Of a DNA stretch of 64,000 nucleotides, positions 1 through 9,141 are shown piece after piece. The stretch is taken from assembly GCA_003248395.1 (NCBI GenBank), contig QFNA01000006.1, positions 246-64,245 on the forward strand, given 5' to 3'. This stretch comes from Citromicrobium sp. GTDB lineage: Bacteria > Pseudomonadota > Alphaproteobacteria > Sphingomonadales > Sphingomonadaceae. The notes below the pieces were generated by a model. It saw only the letters and a list, made by a program, of their open reading frames with translations, searched no databases and was not told the DNA's origin. The translations under genes and the position numbers were made by a program. How positions within the stretch are numbered: the first letter of the stretch is position 1; each line of letters opens with the position of its first letter.

Positions 1-211
1 TGCAATAACCAATAAGGAGCATCCGGATCATCAACTCGGGATCAACCGAAGGCCGCCCGGTCGAGCTGTAAAACGGCTTCAGGTGCTCTCGGACACCCGT
101 CAGATCGACGAACCGGTCGACCGAACGCAGCAGGTGATCTTGCGGCACATGATCCTCGATGCGGAAGCTGTAGAACAGCGCCTCCTGCATCACCGTTCGC
201 TCGCCCATCAT
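1..211 (-). CDS. IS1182-family transposase, N-terminal part (runs off window start)
   Basis: Manual translation from ATG at 211: MMGERTVMQEALFYSFRIEDHVPQDHLLRSVDRFVDLTGVREHLKPFYSSTGRPSVDPELMIRMLLIGYC; the VPxDHLLR and YSxxGRPSxDP motifs are typical of IS1182 transposases. Not in the supplied ORF track. Confidence 0.88.
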   Translation of the reverse strand, partial: MMGERTVMQEALFYSFRIEDHVPQDHLLRSVDRFVDLTGVREHLKPFYSSTGRPSVDPELMIRMLLIGYC

Positions 212-288
212 CAGCCAATCTCCTGATTACGAAGATCACTGAATCAGCGGTTCGCCCTCTTCGCAAGAGGAGTTTTTCAACAGAATAG
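1..288 (-). mobile_element. Left end of IS1182-like insertion sequence; probable terminal inverted repeat at about 270-288
   Basis: Minus strand CTATTCTGTTGAAAAACTC about 60 bp upstream of the transposase ATG resembles IS1182 termini; the partner end lies outside the window. Confidence 0.7.
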
Positions 289-715
289 GCCCCTAAGCGG
301 ACCCTCAGCGGGCGCGGTTAAATGACCGCTCAGAGGTCTTAGCGACTGGAAAGCATTCAGGTTCATCGTCGCCAAAGCTGCGACTCGGCTAACAGACCGT
401 CGCTTGGCGAGTTTTACGCCCGATTTTAGATTGGTTGTAAGCGGGCAACTTTCATCGAGATGTGCCGGGTCTTTTTGGAGAAGTTGGGCCAATTTGTCAT
501 CGCGAAAGAAATAAAGCCACGACCGCACTAGACGATCAATCGCCGTCAGGCAGTTAGAGAAACAAGGCGGATTGGCCATGGCCTATAGCTTTTGCCTTCA
601 TGCTTGATGGCGAAAGACGCAACGTTACGGATACAGCAGCCGAAGCACTCCCGGAATTCGGCAGGATGCTTTCGCCATCCTAAACGACCCGGCGATGGAG
701 CAGCGGCTAGTAGGT

Positions 716-1258
716 TTAGAAGCGTCCGCCCGCCCAATGCGCGCGTCGGCTGTAGCGTTCACCATCAAATTCGAGATGATCTTGGTTGCGTTCACAGATG
801 CTTTCGACAAGCTGCCGCAAACCGTCCTCATCCCCGCGAGCGTAGAGTTCCTGCGCCTTTATCTTCGTCGCGGGAACGGTGCGGGAATCATATTCTTCAA
901 AGACATGCATTAGGCTTTCTAGGGGAGTCTGCGGTTCTGGTTTCTTGGGCAGCGTGCCTTTGGATCCTTGGGCGCCCTTATCCTTCCCATAAATCTCGGC
1001 TTGGGCTCGCTTTTCAGACCAAACTAAATATCCACAGACTACTGTTACGAGCAGAGCAACGCTACCTGCTAACCACGACCACTGCTCGGCAGTCATCCCT
1101 TGTGCGACAACAAACACCCCCACGAGAACGGCACCTAAGAGGAGCATCACGCAGCCATTAGCTAAGCCAGACTTCACGGCCTGAGCACCGAACATCAATA
1201 TCAATATGATCACGACGAGGAGTATGACCACCAGCAACATAGATACACCCATAGCCAT
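716..1258 (-). CDS. Hypothetical membrane protein (about 3 N-terminal TM helices), island cargo
   Basis: 180-aa ORF with hydrophobic N-half and charged C-half; lower GC than core genes. Confidence 0.55.
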   Translation of the reverse strand: MAMGVSMLLVVILLVVIILILMFGAQAVKSGLANGCVMLLLGAVLVGVFVVAQGMTAEQWSWLAGSVALLVTVVCGYLVWSEKRAQAEIYGKDKGAQGSKGTLPKKPEPQTPLESLMHVFEEYDSRTVPATKIKAQELYARGDEDGLRQLVESICERNQDHLEFDGERYSRRAHWAGGRF

Positions 1259-1394
1259 TCATTGTGCAGACGATCCAATTCTCGCCTGTTATTGAAACTA
1301 GCTCTCGCCGGTCGCGAACCATTGGGCAAGCTGATCAAGCGTTATCGTTGTAATTTTAACGATACCCGACGGATCCATGTTTCGCGCCCATTCT

Positions 1395-1665
1395 CTAGAT
1401 GCCAGCCTTAGCGCACCGCTCGCGGTGCTCCTACGCGACGTAATCGTTGCTATATGCTCGGTAGGCTGTTCCCAGCCATACTCTACTAACGTGGCATTCA
1501 CGTTCATTCCGTTTGCTGAGCATGTAGCTACGAGATGACCATGCTGGTCTTCCGCTCCCTGGTAGTATACTGTTTGGCCTGCGATCAGGCTCTCTAACTG
1601 CGTCTTTGCTTCTTCGCCGCATGCCATGATTGACCGTCTCGCTAGCAGAGTTGGTCACGCTTGGA
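1395..1665 (-). pseudogene. Thermonuclease (SNase-like) pseudogene
   Basis: Stitched frames read DQLC*RDGQSW/ACGEEAKTQLESLIAGQTV..DQHGHLVATCSANGMNVNATLVEYGW/TAYRAYSNDYVA*E..AKAGI*; two frameshifts and in-frame stops. Confidence 0.75.
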
Positions 1666-1757
1666 GGCCACAGCCCCCCGCTCAAGTCAGTGTGCTTCAG
1701 AAAACAACTGGACAATGTGGCGAAATATGGAGCAATATTCTTTGGTCCAAACGCGCG

Positions 1758-1805
1758 ATAAGGCAGGTGTGTGGGGTAAAATAAGGCAGGTGTGTGGGGT
1801 AAAAT
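1758..1805 (+). repeat. 23-bp tandem direct repeat (ATAAGGCAGGTGTGTGGGGTAAA x2), integrase arm-site-like
   Basis: Exact copies at 1758-1780 and 1781-1803, followed by partial ATGTGGG; about 70 bp from the att-like site. Confidence 0.8.
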
Positions 1806-1874
1806 GTGGGTTCGGATTTGGCGGCCATTTAAGTAAAAAATGATTTCAAATCATTAGGTTGATACTTAATAAGT

Positions 1875-1889
1875 CCACCCTGTCCGCCA
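1875..1889 (+). mobile_element. Putative attachment site (attR): duplicated 3' end of a tRNA-Ser
   Basis: CCACCCTGTCCGCCA = T-stem 3' side + CCTGTCC acceptor strand + G discriminator + CCA; no 5' tRNA half upstream; composition shifts to core-like just after it. Confidence 0.7.
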
Positions 1890-1896
1890 TTTAAGC

Positions 1897-2370
1897 CTAG
1901 TTGAACGAGAGCGAATCGGATGTGCAGCGGTGCATCTGGTAGGCGACCGTGCCCTGCCCTTCGCGGCCGTAACAGATGTTTCGCTCGGTCAGCGCCTGGG
2001 CGACGACATCGTCCCGCTCCGCACATGCGACGGCGACAGCTTCCTGGTCGGTACCGCCCCTGCATTCCGTGTTGAGTTCGCGCCAGCGGGCGATCAACTG
2101 CTGTTCCTCCGACGTCCAATCAGCCTCGCCGCGCGCCTGTGAAGCATCGCTCGTTTGTGGAGCGGGAGACGTCGCTTCAGTTTCGACCGGGGACGTGTCG
2201 AGGCTAATATCCTCACTCGGAGGGGACGATTGGGTCTGAGCCGGAGTGGCTTGTGTGGAGATATCTGAGGCTGGCTCAGGCTGGGGATCGTCACAGGCCG
2301 ATAGTGCCAGGACCATCAGAGCGGCGACGGCGATATAGCCACGGCGTGGTTCATGACAGCTGATTGTCAT
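1897..2370 (-). CDS. Hypothetical lipoprotein
   Basis: Lipobox LSAC, S/T/P/Q-rich linker, 4-Cys C-terminal domain; start uncertain. Confidence 0.7.
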   Translation of the reverse strand: MTISCHEPRRGYIAVAALMVLALSACDDPQPEPASDISTQATPAQTQSSPPSEDISLDTSPVETEATSPAPQTSDASQARGEADWTSEEQQLIARWRELNTECRGGTDQEAVAVACAERDDVVAQALTERNICYGREGQGTVAYQMHRCTSDSLSFN

Positions 2371-2521
2371 TCTCCTTCTCACCAGGTTGACGCGGTGCCG
2401 GACCGGGCTTGCGTCTCTTCGAATTCACGTCGGTCATGTCGTCGTCTTCCAGGCCGCCATCGCGATCACCGTCGATGCGCTCTGCATCGCCCTGCGGATC
2501 GTCTTCGATTTCATATTCCAT
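2351..2521 (-). CDS. Small acidic hypothetical protein (56 aa)
   Basis: ATG at 2521 preceded by GAGAGGA RBS; MEYEIEDDPQGDAERIDGDRDGGLEDDD... Confidence 0.45.
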   Translation of the reverse strand: MEYEIEDDPQGDAERIDGDRDGGLEDDDMTDVNSKRRKPGPAPRQPGEKENDNQLS

Positions 2522-2612
2522 TGCTCGATTCCTCTCGCAATAAAAACGCTCTGCCACCGGAATCGCCCCCTCGCCTAGCGACGAAGCGATTGATATTTAC
2601 GCCGAAAGCTTT

Positions 2613-4469
2613 TCAACGTCCGCGCTGGATGATCTCGTCCATCTGCTCGCGCAGGACGGGATCCCACTTCGCCCGCAATTCCTTGACCTTCGCGATTAGC
2701 GGCGCGTTTTCCATCGGCGGGGTCTCGATATCGTAAAGCTCGGCGACCTCGCGCATCGAACTGCGGTCCATGTCCTCGAAGGCGCTGGCCATCGCAATGG
2801 CATTCTGGCGATCGATACCGAGCGCTTCATACGCCGACCGACCGATGCGGATGCTGGCATCGTAGGTCTCGCGCACGATGTCGCGGCAGCCGTAGGCCCA
2901 CAATTCATAGACATGATTGCGGTCGATTGCGCGTGCAATGATGTGAACATGCGGATGATGCTGGAGTACGTAGCGCACGACCTTGTCGATCTGCTCGCGT
3001 TCGTCGAGCGCTACGATCAGAAGCTTGGCACGGCCAATCCCCGCGGCGTGCAACAGGTCAGGACGGGTCGCATCGCCATAATAGGTGCGAATGCCGAATT
3101 TCTGGAGGATTTCCAGATGGCTGCTGTCGTAATCGATGACGGTGGTGGAAAATCCTGCGGTCTGCAGCATGCGGTCGACAATGCCGCCGACCCGGCCCCG
3201 CCCGGCAATGATGATGTCGTTCTCTTCCTCGATGGAGTCCGGCTCGCGCTCGAGCCCCCTGCAATAGGCGGCTGCAATGACCTTGTCGTAGAGGATAAAC
3301 AGCAGCGGCGTCACCAGCATGGTCAAGGCCACGATCAGCAGCATCATGTCGGCGGTTGCGCTGTCGATCACCAGATTGGCGAGGGCAAAGGCGATGAGCA
3401 CGAAGGCGAATTCACCGGCCTGCGGCAGGCTGAGGCAGAACAGCCAGAGCGCCTGCTTGCGCAGCCCGTAAAGCCAACCGACGACGGCAAGAACGGCGAA
3501 TTTCGCCGCGATGGTCACGGCCGCCCAGAAAACGACGTCCTGCCATATCTGCGAGGCAAGACCGAAGTTGATGCCTGCCCCCACGGTGATGAAGAAAAGC
3601 CCCAGCAGCAGCCCCTTGATGGGATCGATGTCGCTTTCCAGTTCGTGACGGTATTCGCTGGTGGCGAGTACCACGCCAGCGACGAACGCGCCCAGTGCGG
3701 GTGACAGGCCGACGAGCGACATCAGCAGGGCGATTCCGATCACCACCAGCAAGGCCGCGCCGGTAAACAGTTCGCGCAGATGGGCGCCGGCGATAAAGCG
3801 AAACAGCGGACGAATGGCGTAAATGCCGATCGCCACCACCGCAGCGACGGCTCCGATCCGCGAGAGGGCCGCGAGCCACATCGGCATGGACGCGGTGAGA
3901 TCGATACCGTGATGGGCCCCCTCGCCTTCGTGCCCGCCGGTCGCGGAGTAGAGTTCCGGCATGGCAAGCAGCGGCAGCAGCGCGAGGATCGGGATGACCG
4001 CAACATCCTGGACCAGCAGGACGGAAAAGCTGGCTTCTCCGCCATCGGTCCGCAGCAGCTTCTTTTCGGTCAGCGACTGGACAATGATCGCGGTCGAGGA
4101 CAAAGCCAGGATCATGCCAATGGCAAGCGCGGTCTGCCATGGCTGCGCATCGAGGAGCGCGATGCCCATGATTACTAGCGTGGTCAGCACGACCTGCCCT
4201 CCGCCGAGGCCGAGCAGCTTGCCGCGCATCGCCCATAGTCGCTTGGGCTCCATCTCCAACCCGATGATGAACAGCATCATCACCACGCCGAATTCGGCAA
4301 AGACCTGCATCGCCTCGACATCGACGTTGAGCGCCGCCAGCATCGGACTGATCGCCATGCCGGCAAGCAGGTAGCCGAGCACCGAACCGAGGCCGAAACG
4401 CGTGGCCAATGGCACGGAAACGACCATGGCCACGAGGATGAGGAAGGCGAGAATCAGGAAGCTGGTCAT
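2613..4469 (-). CDS. kefC: Glutathione-regulated K+ efflux / CPA2 cation:proton antiporter (KefB/KefC-like)
   Basis: FAEFGVVMMLFIIGLEM, LLVQD, many TM helices, C-terminal KTN domain (GxGRVG, YYGDATRPDLL). Confidence 0.9.
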   Translation of the reverse strand: MTSFLILAFLILVAMVVSVPLATRFGLGSVLGYLLAGMAISPMLAALNVDVEAMQVFAEFGVVMMLFIIGLEMEPKRLWAMRGKLLGLGGGQVVLTTLVIMGIALLDAQPWQTALAIGMILALSSTAIIVQSLTEKKLLRTDGGEASFSVLLVQDVAVIPILALLPLLAMPELYSATGGHEGEGAHHGIDLTASMPMWLAALSRIGAVAAVVAIGIYAIRPLFRFIAGAHLRELFTGAALLVVIGIALLMSLVGLSPALGAFVAGVVLATSEYRHELESDIDPIKGLLLGLFFITVGAGINFGLASQIWQDVVFWAAVTIAAKFAVLAVVGWLYGLRKQALWLFCLSLPQAGEFAFVLIAFALANLVIDSATADMMLLIVALTMLVTPLLFILYDKVIAAAYCRGLEREPDSIEEENDIIIAGRGRVGGIVDRMLQTAGFSTTVIDYDSSHLEILQKFGIRTYYGDATRPDLLHAAGIGRAKLLIVALDEREQIDKVVRYVLQHHPHVHIIARAIDRNHVYELWAYGCRDIVRETYDASIRIGRSAYEALGIDRQNAIAMASAFEDMDRSSMREVAELYDIETPPMENAPLIAKVKELRAKWDPVLREQMDEIIQRGR

Positions 4470-4491
4470 CGCCTTCTCCTATTAAGCCGGG

Positions 4492-5837
4492 TCAGATGTG
4501 CAAGGCGCGTCCGTAGCTCGCAAGCACGCTCTCGTGCATGCTCTCGCTGATGGTCGGATGCGGGAAGACGGTCTGCATCAGTTCGGCCTCGGTCGTCTCC
4601 AGCGTCTTGCCGACGACGAAACCCTGGATCATCTCGGTCACCTCGGCGCCGACCATATGCGCGCCCAGCAGTTCGCCCGTCTTGGCGTCGAACACGGTCT
4701 TCACGAAGCCTTCCGCCTCGCCCAGCGCGATGGCCTTGCCGTTGCCGATGAAGGGGAAGGTGCCCGCCTTGACCTCGTGGGGATGTTGTTGCGATCGAGC
4801 GGGTGCGGATGGACATCTGTGTTGCCCAACTCCTTGGCAATCGCCTCGGCGGTGGTGACGCCCTCGTGGCTCGCCTTGTGCGCCAGCCAGGGGCCGGGGG
4901 TGCAGTCGCCGATGGCCCAGAGGCCCTTCGACTTGGTGCGGCCATAGGGATCGATCTGGATGAAACCGCGGTCCATCTCGGCGAGCTTGTCGAGGCCGAT
5001 ATTCTCGGTGTTCGGCACGATGCCGATGGCGGTGATGCAGTGGGTGAACTCGGTCTCTGCAACCTTGCCGTCCTTGGCCTTGATCTTGGCCTTCACGCCC
5101 TTGTCGGAGACCTTGATATCCTCGACGCCGGCGCCGGTCATGATGGTCATGCCCTGCTTGGTCAGGCTTTTCTCGAGGAAGGCTGAAACGTCCTTGTCTT
5201 CCACCGGCACAATACGGTCGAGCATTTCGACCACGGTAACATCGCAGCCCATGTCGTTGTAGAAGCTGGCGAACTCGATCCCGATCGCGCCACTGCCGAT
5301 CACGAGCAGCTTCTTCGGCATTTCGGGCGGGGTCATCGCATGGCGATAGGTCCACACGCGCTTGCCGTCGGCCTTAGCGAAGGGCAGGTCGCGGGCACGC
5401 GCACCGGTGGCAACGATGACGTGCTTGGCGGTGAGCTTCTCTTCACCCTTCTCGCCCTTCACGGTCAGCGAGGTCGGGCCGGTCAGCGTGCCCTCCCCCA
5501 TGTGCACCGCGATCTTGTTCTTCTTCATCAGATGCGTGACGCCCTGGTTGAGCTGCTTGGCCACCCCGCGACTGCGTTTCACGACAGCTTCGAGGTCCGC
5601 CTCGATCGCGCCGGCGATCTTGAGGCCATAGTCGCTCGCGTGCTGGGCATAGTGCAGGATCTCGGCGCTCCGCAGCAGCGCCTTGGTCGGGATGCAGCCC
5701 CAGTTGAGGCAGATGCCGCCCAGCAGCTCGCGCTCGACAATGGCGGTCTTCAGCCCCAGCTGCGCACAACGGATCGCCGCGACATAGCCGCCGGGTCCGG
5801 AGCCGAGAACGATGACGTCGTATTGCGAATCAGCCAT
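4492..5837 (-). pseudogene. lpdA: Dihydrolipoyl dehydrogenase (E3); frameshifted by an internal deletion at about 4780 (possibly artefact)
   Basis: GSGPGGY, GGICLNWGCIPTK, GSGAIG in 4701..5837; C-terminal FPHPTISE in another frame ending 4492; the join ..NNIP|HEVKAG.. lacks the conserved segment between. Confidence 0.9.
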
Positions 5838-6035
5838 TCGAATTAAGCCTTTCGAGCCTGGATGGGGGGAGACATGTTACACGTGTTACACGGTTCAGAA
5901 GGCAAAATGCCCGCCGGTACTTGAAGCGAAAAATGGCGGATTTTCCGGCTAAAGGTCATGGCGCGGGTCATGCCGTCACCATGGCATTGCCGGTGCAGTG
6001 TAGGACAGAACGAAATGGCTGGATGCTCATCATGG

Positions 6036-6446
6036 TCATCCCGCGATCACCAGCACGTAACGGTCCTCTATCCAGCCATATTCGCACGGGCCGGTATAGG
6101 GCCGGGCAGCTTCATAGGGCCCGGTCACGCCGCAATCGCTCGTTCCGCCCTCCGGGTCGAAATAGACGATCCCGGTCCAGTCGCCCGACCCGTCGCAAAC
6201 CCAGAAAAGATCGCCTGCCTCGAGCCGGTCCTTCTCACGCCCATTTGGCGATGGCGCTGACCGCACTGGCACAAAATCGCCGTCGCTCGCGCGAAGCCCA
6301 TCGACCCTGGCGAAGGATGGGCACGCATCGAGATCCATCCGGTGCGAGCCGGGGACCACCGGGACTTCGGCCGCCAGCTTGTCCATCGGTGCACAGGCCG
6401 CGTGGACGAGAAGCGAGGCGGTAAAGATTGCGCGGCCGATCATCAC
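6036..6446 (-). CDS. Secreted/lipoprotein with SH3-like domain
   Basis: Signal peptide ending AAC; VRSAPS..DRLEAGD..VCD..DWTGIVY..CEYGWI pattern. Confidence 0.7.
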   Translation of the reverse strand: MMIGRAIFTASLLVHAACAPMDKLAAEVPVVPGSHRMDLDACPSFARVDGLRASDGDFVPVRSAPSPNGREKDRLEAGDLFWVCDGSGDWTGIVYFDPEGGTSDCGVTGPYEAARPYTGPCEYGWIEDRYVLVIAG

Positions 6447-6853
6447 GCCATCCCCTCAGCGATTTGCACCGAGCGCGGCCGGTCATCTTCGTCGAGGAGC
6501 ACGAATTTGAACGTGCCTTCGGCCACCCTGGTCTCTGCCGTTCCATTGCGTGTCCGGGCGATGGCTTCGGCAGTGATGGTGAGCGAGGTCTTGCCGGTCG
6601 CCGCGATTGCGCAATAGACCGAGAGTTCGTCCCCCACCTGCATTGCGCCGGGAAAGGCAAAATCTGTTGCCGAGACAACCACCGCCTTGCCCTGCCCCTC
6701 ACGACTGGCGAGTGACCCTGCGCCAAGCGCCATCTGGCTCATCAGCCACCCGCCGAACACCCCGCCATAGGGGTTGAGGTCGGTCGGCATGGCCGTGACG
6801 CGGATTTGGGGGGAGCGGTCAGGCATCAGTTGATCCAAATGTGTTCTGCTCAA
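6443..6853 (-). CDS. Acyl-CoA thioesterase (hotdog fold, YciA-like)
   Basis: AMPTDLNPYGGVFGGWLMSQM and GKTSLTI motifs. Confidence 0.9.
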   Translation of the reverse strand: MSRTHLDQLMPDRSPQIRVTAMPTDLNPYGGVFGGWLMSQMALGAGSLASREGQGKAVVVSATDFAFPGAMQVGDELSVYCAIAATGKTSLTITAEAIARTRNGTAETRVAEGTFKFVLLDEDDRPRSVQIAEGMA

Positions 6854-7232
6854 CGTGACTGCCAGCCAAGAGATAGGTCAGAACGAACAAACCCGCAGTG
6901 AAGATGAAAGTGAGTGCGGCCAACCGTGCGAAGAAGTCGGCTTCAGCGAGGCCGAATGGGAGGCAGACCATTATCATCATGCCAATGCCGGAGCCGACCA
7001 TCGCATCGCCACCAATCTTGTCGAGAACGATCGTGACCGGGAAGCCGAACGCAAACAAGCCTAGTAACGTAACCAGATAGCTCGGCATTAGGATGAAGAG
7101 GAGAGCACTATTATCTGCACCGTCAGCAATGATCGGTTTACCGTCTAGCAACAGCGACGAGATGAGTGCGGCCGAAGGCGCGAGCAGCAATGCCGTCACA
7201 GATGCTAATCCGAATGAAGACCGAAGCCCCAT
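6819..7232 (-). CDS. Hypothetical membrane protein (about 4 TM)
   Basis: 137-aa hydrophobic ORF tightly packed between pdhC and the thioesterase gene; lower GC. Confidence 0.6.
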   Translation of the reverse strand: MGLRSSFGLASVTALLLAPSAALISSLLLDGKPIIADGADNSALLFILMPSYLVTLLGLFAFGFPVTIVLDKIGGDAMVGSGIGMMIMVCLPFGLAEADFFARLAALTFIFTAGLFVLTYLLAGSHVEQNTFGSTDA

Positions 7233-7238
7233 TGTTAA

Positions 7239-8558
7239 TTAAACCACCAGCCCCATCGGGTTCTCCACCAGGCTCTTGAACGCTTCCATCAGCTGCGCGC
7301 CGTCGGCGCCGTCGATGGCGCGGTGGTCGAAGCTGCCGGTGGCGCTCATCACGGTGGCGACGCCCAGTGCGCCGTCGATCACATGCGGGCGCTGCTCGCC
7401 CGCGCCGACGGCGAGGATCATCGCCTGAGGCGGGTTGATCACCGCGTCGAACTGCTTGGTGCCGAACATGCCGAGGTTGGAGAGCGAGGCGGTTCCGCCC
7501 TGGAATTCATGCGGCTGCAGCTTGCCGTCCTTGGCCTTGCCCGCGAGTTCCTTCATCTCGTTGCTGATCTGCGCAAGACCCTTGCGGCCCGCATCGCGGA
7601 TGATTGGCGTGATCAGGCCCGAAGGCGCGGCCACGGCGACCGAGATATCCTCGCGCGAGTACTGGAACAGCTCGTCGCCCTGGAAGCTGACATTGCAGCT
7701 CGGCACGCGCTGGAGCGCGCGGGCGAGTGCCTTGATGAGGAGGTCGTTGACCGAAAGTTTCACGCCATCGGCCTCGAGGCTCTTGTTGAGTTCGGCGCGC
7801 AGCTTGAGCAGCGCGTCGAGCCGTACATCCACGGTGAGGTAGATATGCGGGATGGTCTGCTTCGCTTCAGTCAGGCGCTTGGCGATGACCTTGCGAACAT
7901 TGTTGAGCTTGGTCGCTTCGTAAGGCGCATCGAGATCGCCACCCTGTGTGGCGGGTTTTGCAGGTGTTGGCGCGCGGTCTGCGACAGGCTCAGGCTGAGC
8001 GGAGGTGGTTGGCGAGGCACCCTCGACATCGGCCTTGACGATACGTCCATTGGGTCCGCTACCCTTTACGCCGGAAAGGTCGATCCCCTTCTGCTCGGCA
8101 ATGCGCTTTGCCAATGGTGACGCGATGATGCGGTCGCCGCTGGGTGCAACAGCCGCTCGCCCTGAGCTTGTCGAAGGGCTGCCACCAGCGTTTGCGGCGG
8201 GTGCCGGCGCAGGGGCTTCGACAGGCTCAGCCTGAGCGGGCGTGGGTGCGGATTTGGGTTCTTCCTTCGGCGCATCAGCCGCAGGCGCGGCCTTGGCCGC
8301 TTCGTCCACATCCTCGCCCTCTTCGGCCAGCATGGCGATGACCGTGCCGACCTTCACGCCCTCGGTGCCTTCTTCCACCTGGATCGAGGCGATCGTGCCT
8401 TCGTCCACCGCTTCGAATTCCATCGTCGCCTTGTCGGTCTCGATCTCGGCCATGATGTCGCCGGCGGACACTGTGTCTCCCGGTTTGACCAGCCATTTGG
8501 CGAGCGTGCCCTCTTCCATGGTGGGCGACAGGGCGGGCATCTTGATCGGCGTGGGCAT
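7239..8558 (-). CDS. pdhC: Pyruvate dehydrogenase E2, dihydrolipoamide acetyltransferase
   Basis: Lipoyl domain ETDKA, E3-binding [17 protein letters not shown], catalytic DHRAIDGA. Confidence 0.96.
   Translation of the reverse strand: MPTPIKMPALSPTMEEGTLAKWLVKPGDTVSAGDIMAEIETDKATMEFEAVDEGTIASIQVEEGTEGVKVGTVIAMLAEEGEDVDEAAKAAPAADAPKEEPKSAPTPAQAEPVEAPAPAPAANAGGSPSTSSGRAAVAPSGDRIIASPLAKRIAEQKGIDLSGVKGSGPNGRIVKADVEGASPTTSAQPEPVADRAPTPAKPATQGGDLDAPYEATKLNNVRKVIAKRLTEAKQTIPHIYLTVDVRLDALLKLRAELNKSLEADGVKLSVNDLLIKALARALQRVPSCNVSFQGDELFQYSREDISVAVAAPSGLITPIIRDAGRKGLAQISNEMKELAGKAKDGKLQPHEFQGGTASLSNLGMFGTKQFDAVINPPQAMILAVGAGEQRPHVIDGALGVATVMSATGSFDHRAIDGADGAQLMEAFKSLVENPMGLVV
8153..8239. repeat. REP-like palindromic element (87 bp) in frame in pdhC linker 1
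   Basis: Arms CCGCTCGCCCTGAGCTTGTCGAAG (8153-8176) and CTTCGACAGGCTCAGCCTGAGCGG (8216-8239), 20/24 complementary; an extra half-copy at 7982-8002. Confidence 0.8.
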
Positions 8559-8688
8559 GTTCTGACGTTACGTCCTCGCTGGGGAGAGTGTTACGCGCGT
8601 CTCTGCCGACTTTGTGCTGGCCCCGCAAGGTCCTTGCATGGAATACGAATTAGCTTGTAACCCGCACCTGTTGGAGGGAGCCTCACCT

Positions 8689-9141
8689 ATGCGAATTTAC
8701 CTCGTCGTGATGGATGAAACCGAGGAGGCCAAGCAGGCGCTGCGCTTCGCATCCCTGCGCGCGATGAAGACGGGCGGTTCGGTCCATATCCTGGCGCTGG
8801 TGCCGCAGCAGACCTTCAACGCATTCGGCGGCGTGCAGGCCACGATCGAGCAGGAAGCGCGCGAGCGGGCCGAGGTGATGGCCAACAATGCCGCGGGCAA
8901 TATCTTCGGAGAAATGGGCAAGATGCCCGTCATCGCCGTGCGCCCCGGAAGCGCGACCGATGTGATCGCCAAATATCTGGACGAACACGGCGACATCGCC
9001 GCGCTGGTGCTGGGAACGGCGGCCGAAGGCGGGAAGGATCCGCTGGTCGCCCATTTCGCCGCGCGCGCCGCCAGCCTGCCTTGCCCGCTGTATCTCGTGC
9101 CGGGAGGCCTCAGCAGGGAAAGGCTCGAGGAACTCGCCTAG
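8689..9141 (+). CDS. Universal stress protein (Usp family)
   Basis: RIYLVVMDETEEAKQAL..LVLGT..CPLYLVP; RBS GGAGGGAG before ATG 8689. Confidence 0.88.
   Translation: MRIYLVVMDETEEAKQALRFASLRAMKTGGSVHILALVPQQTFNAFGGVQATIEQEARERAEVMANNAAGNIFGEMGKMPVIAVRPGSATDVIAKYLDEHGDIAALVLGTAAEGGKDPLVAHFAARAASLPCPLYLVPGGLSRERLEELA

Noticed and set aside
277..715. ORFs 277..579 and 592..1161
   Set aside because: No recognisable motifs or RBS; they overlap the IS end or a better-supported ORF.
1758..1805. Possible CRISPR array
   Set aside because: Two adjacent copies with no spacer, and no cas genes.
1800..1889. Intact tRNA-Ser gene
   Set aside because: Only the last 15 nt fit; no 5' acceptor strand, D-arm or anticodon arm.
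4760..4800. Programmed ribosomal frameshifting in lpdA, parE or DUF885
   Set aside because: Conserved coding segments are physically missing and no slippery sequence is evident.
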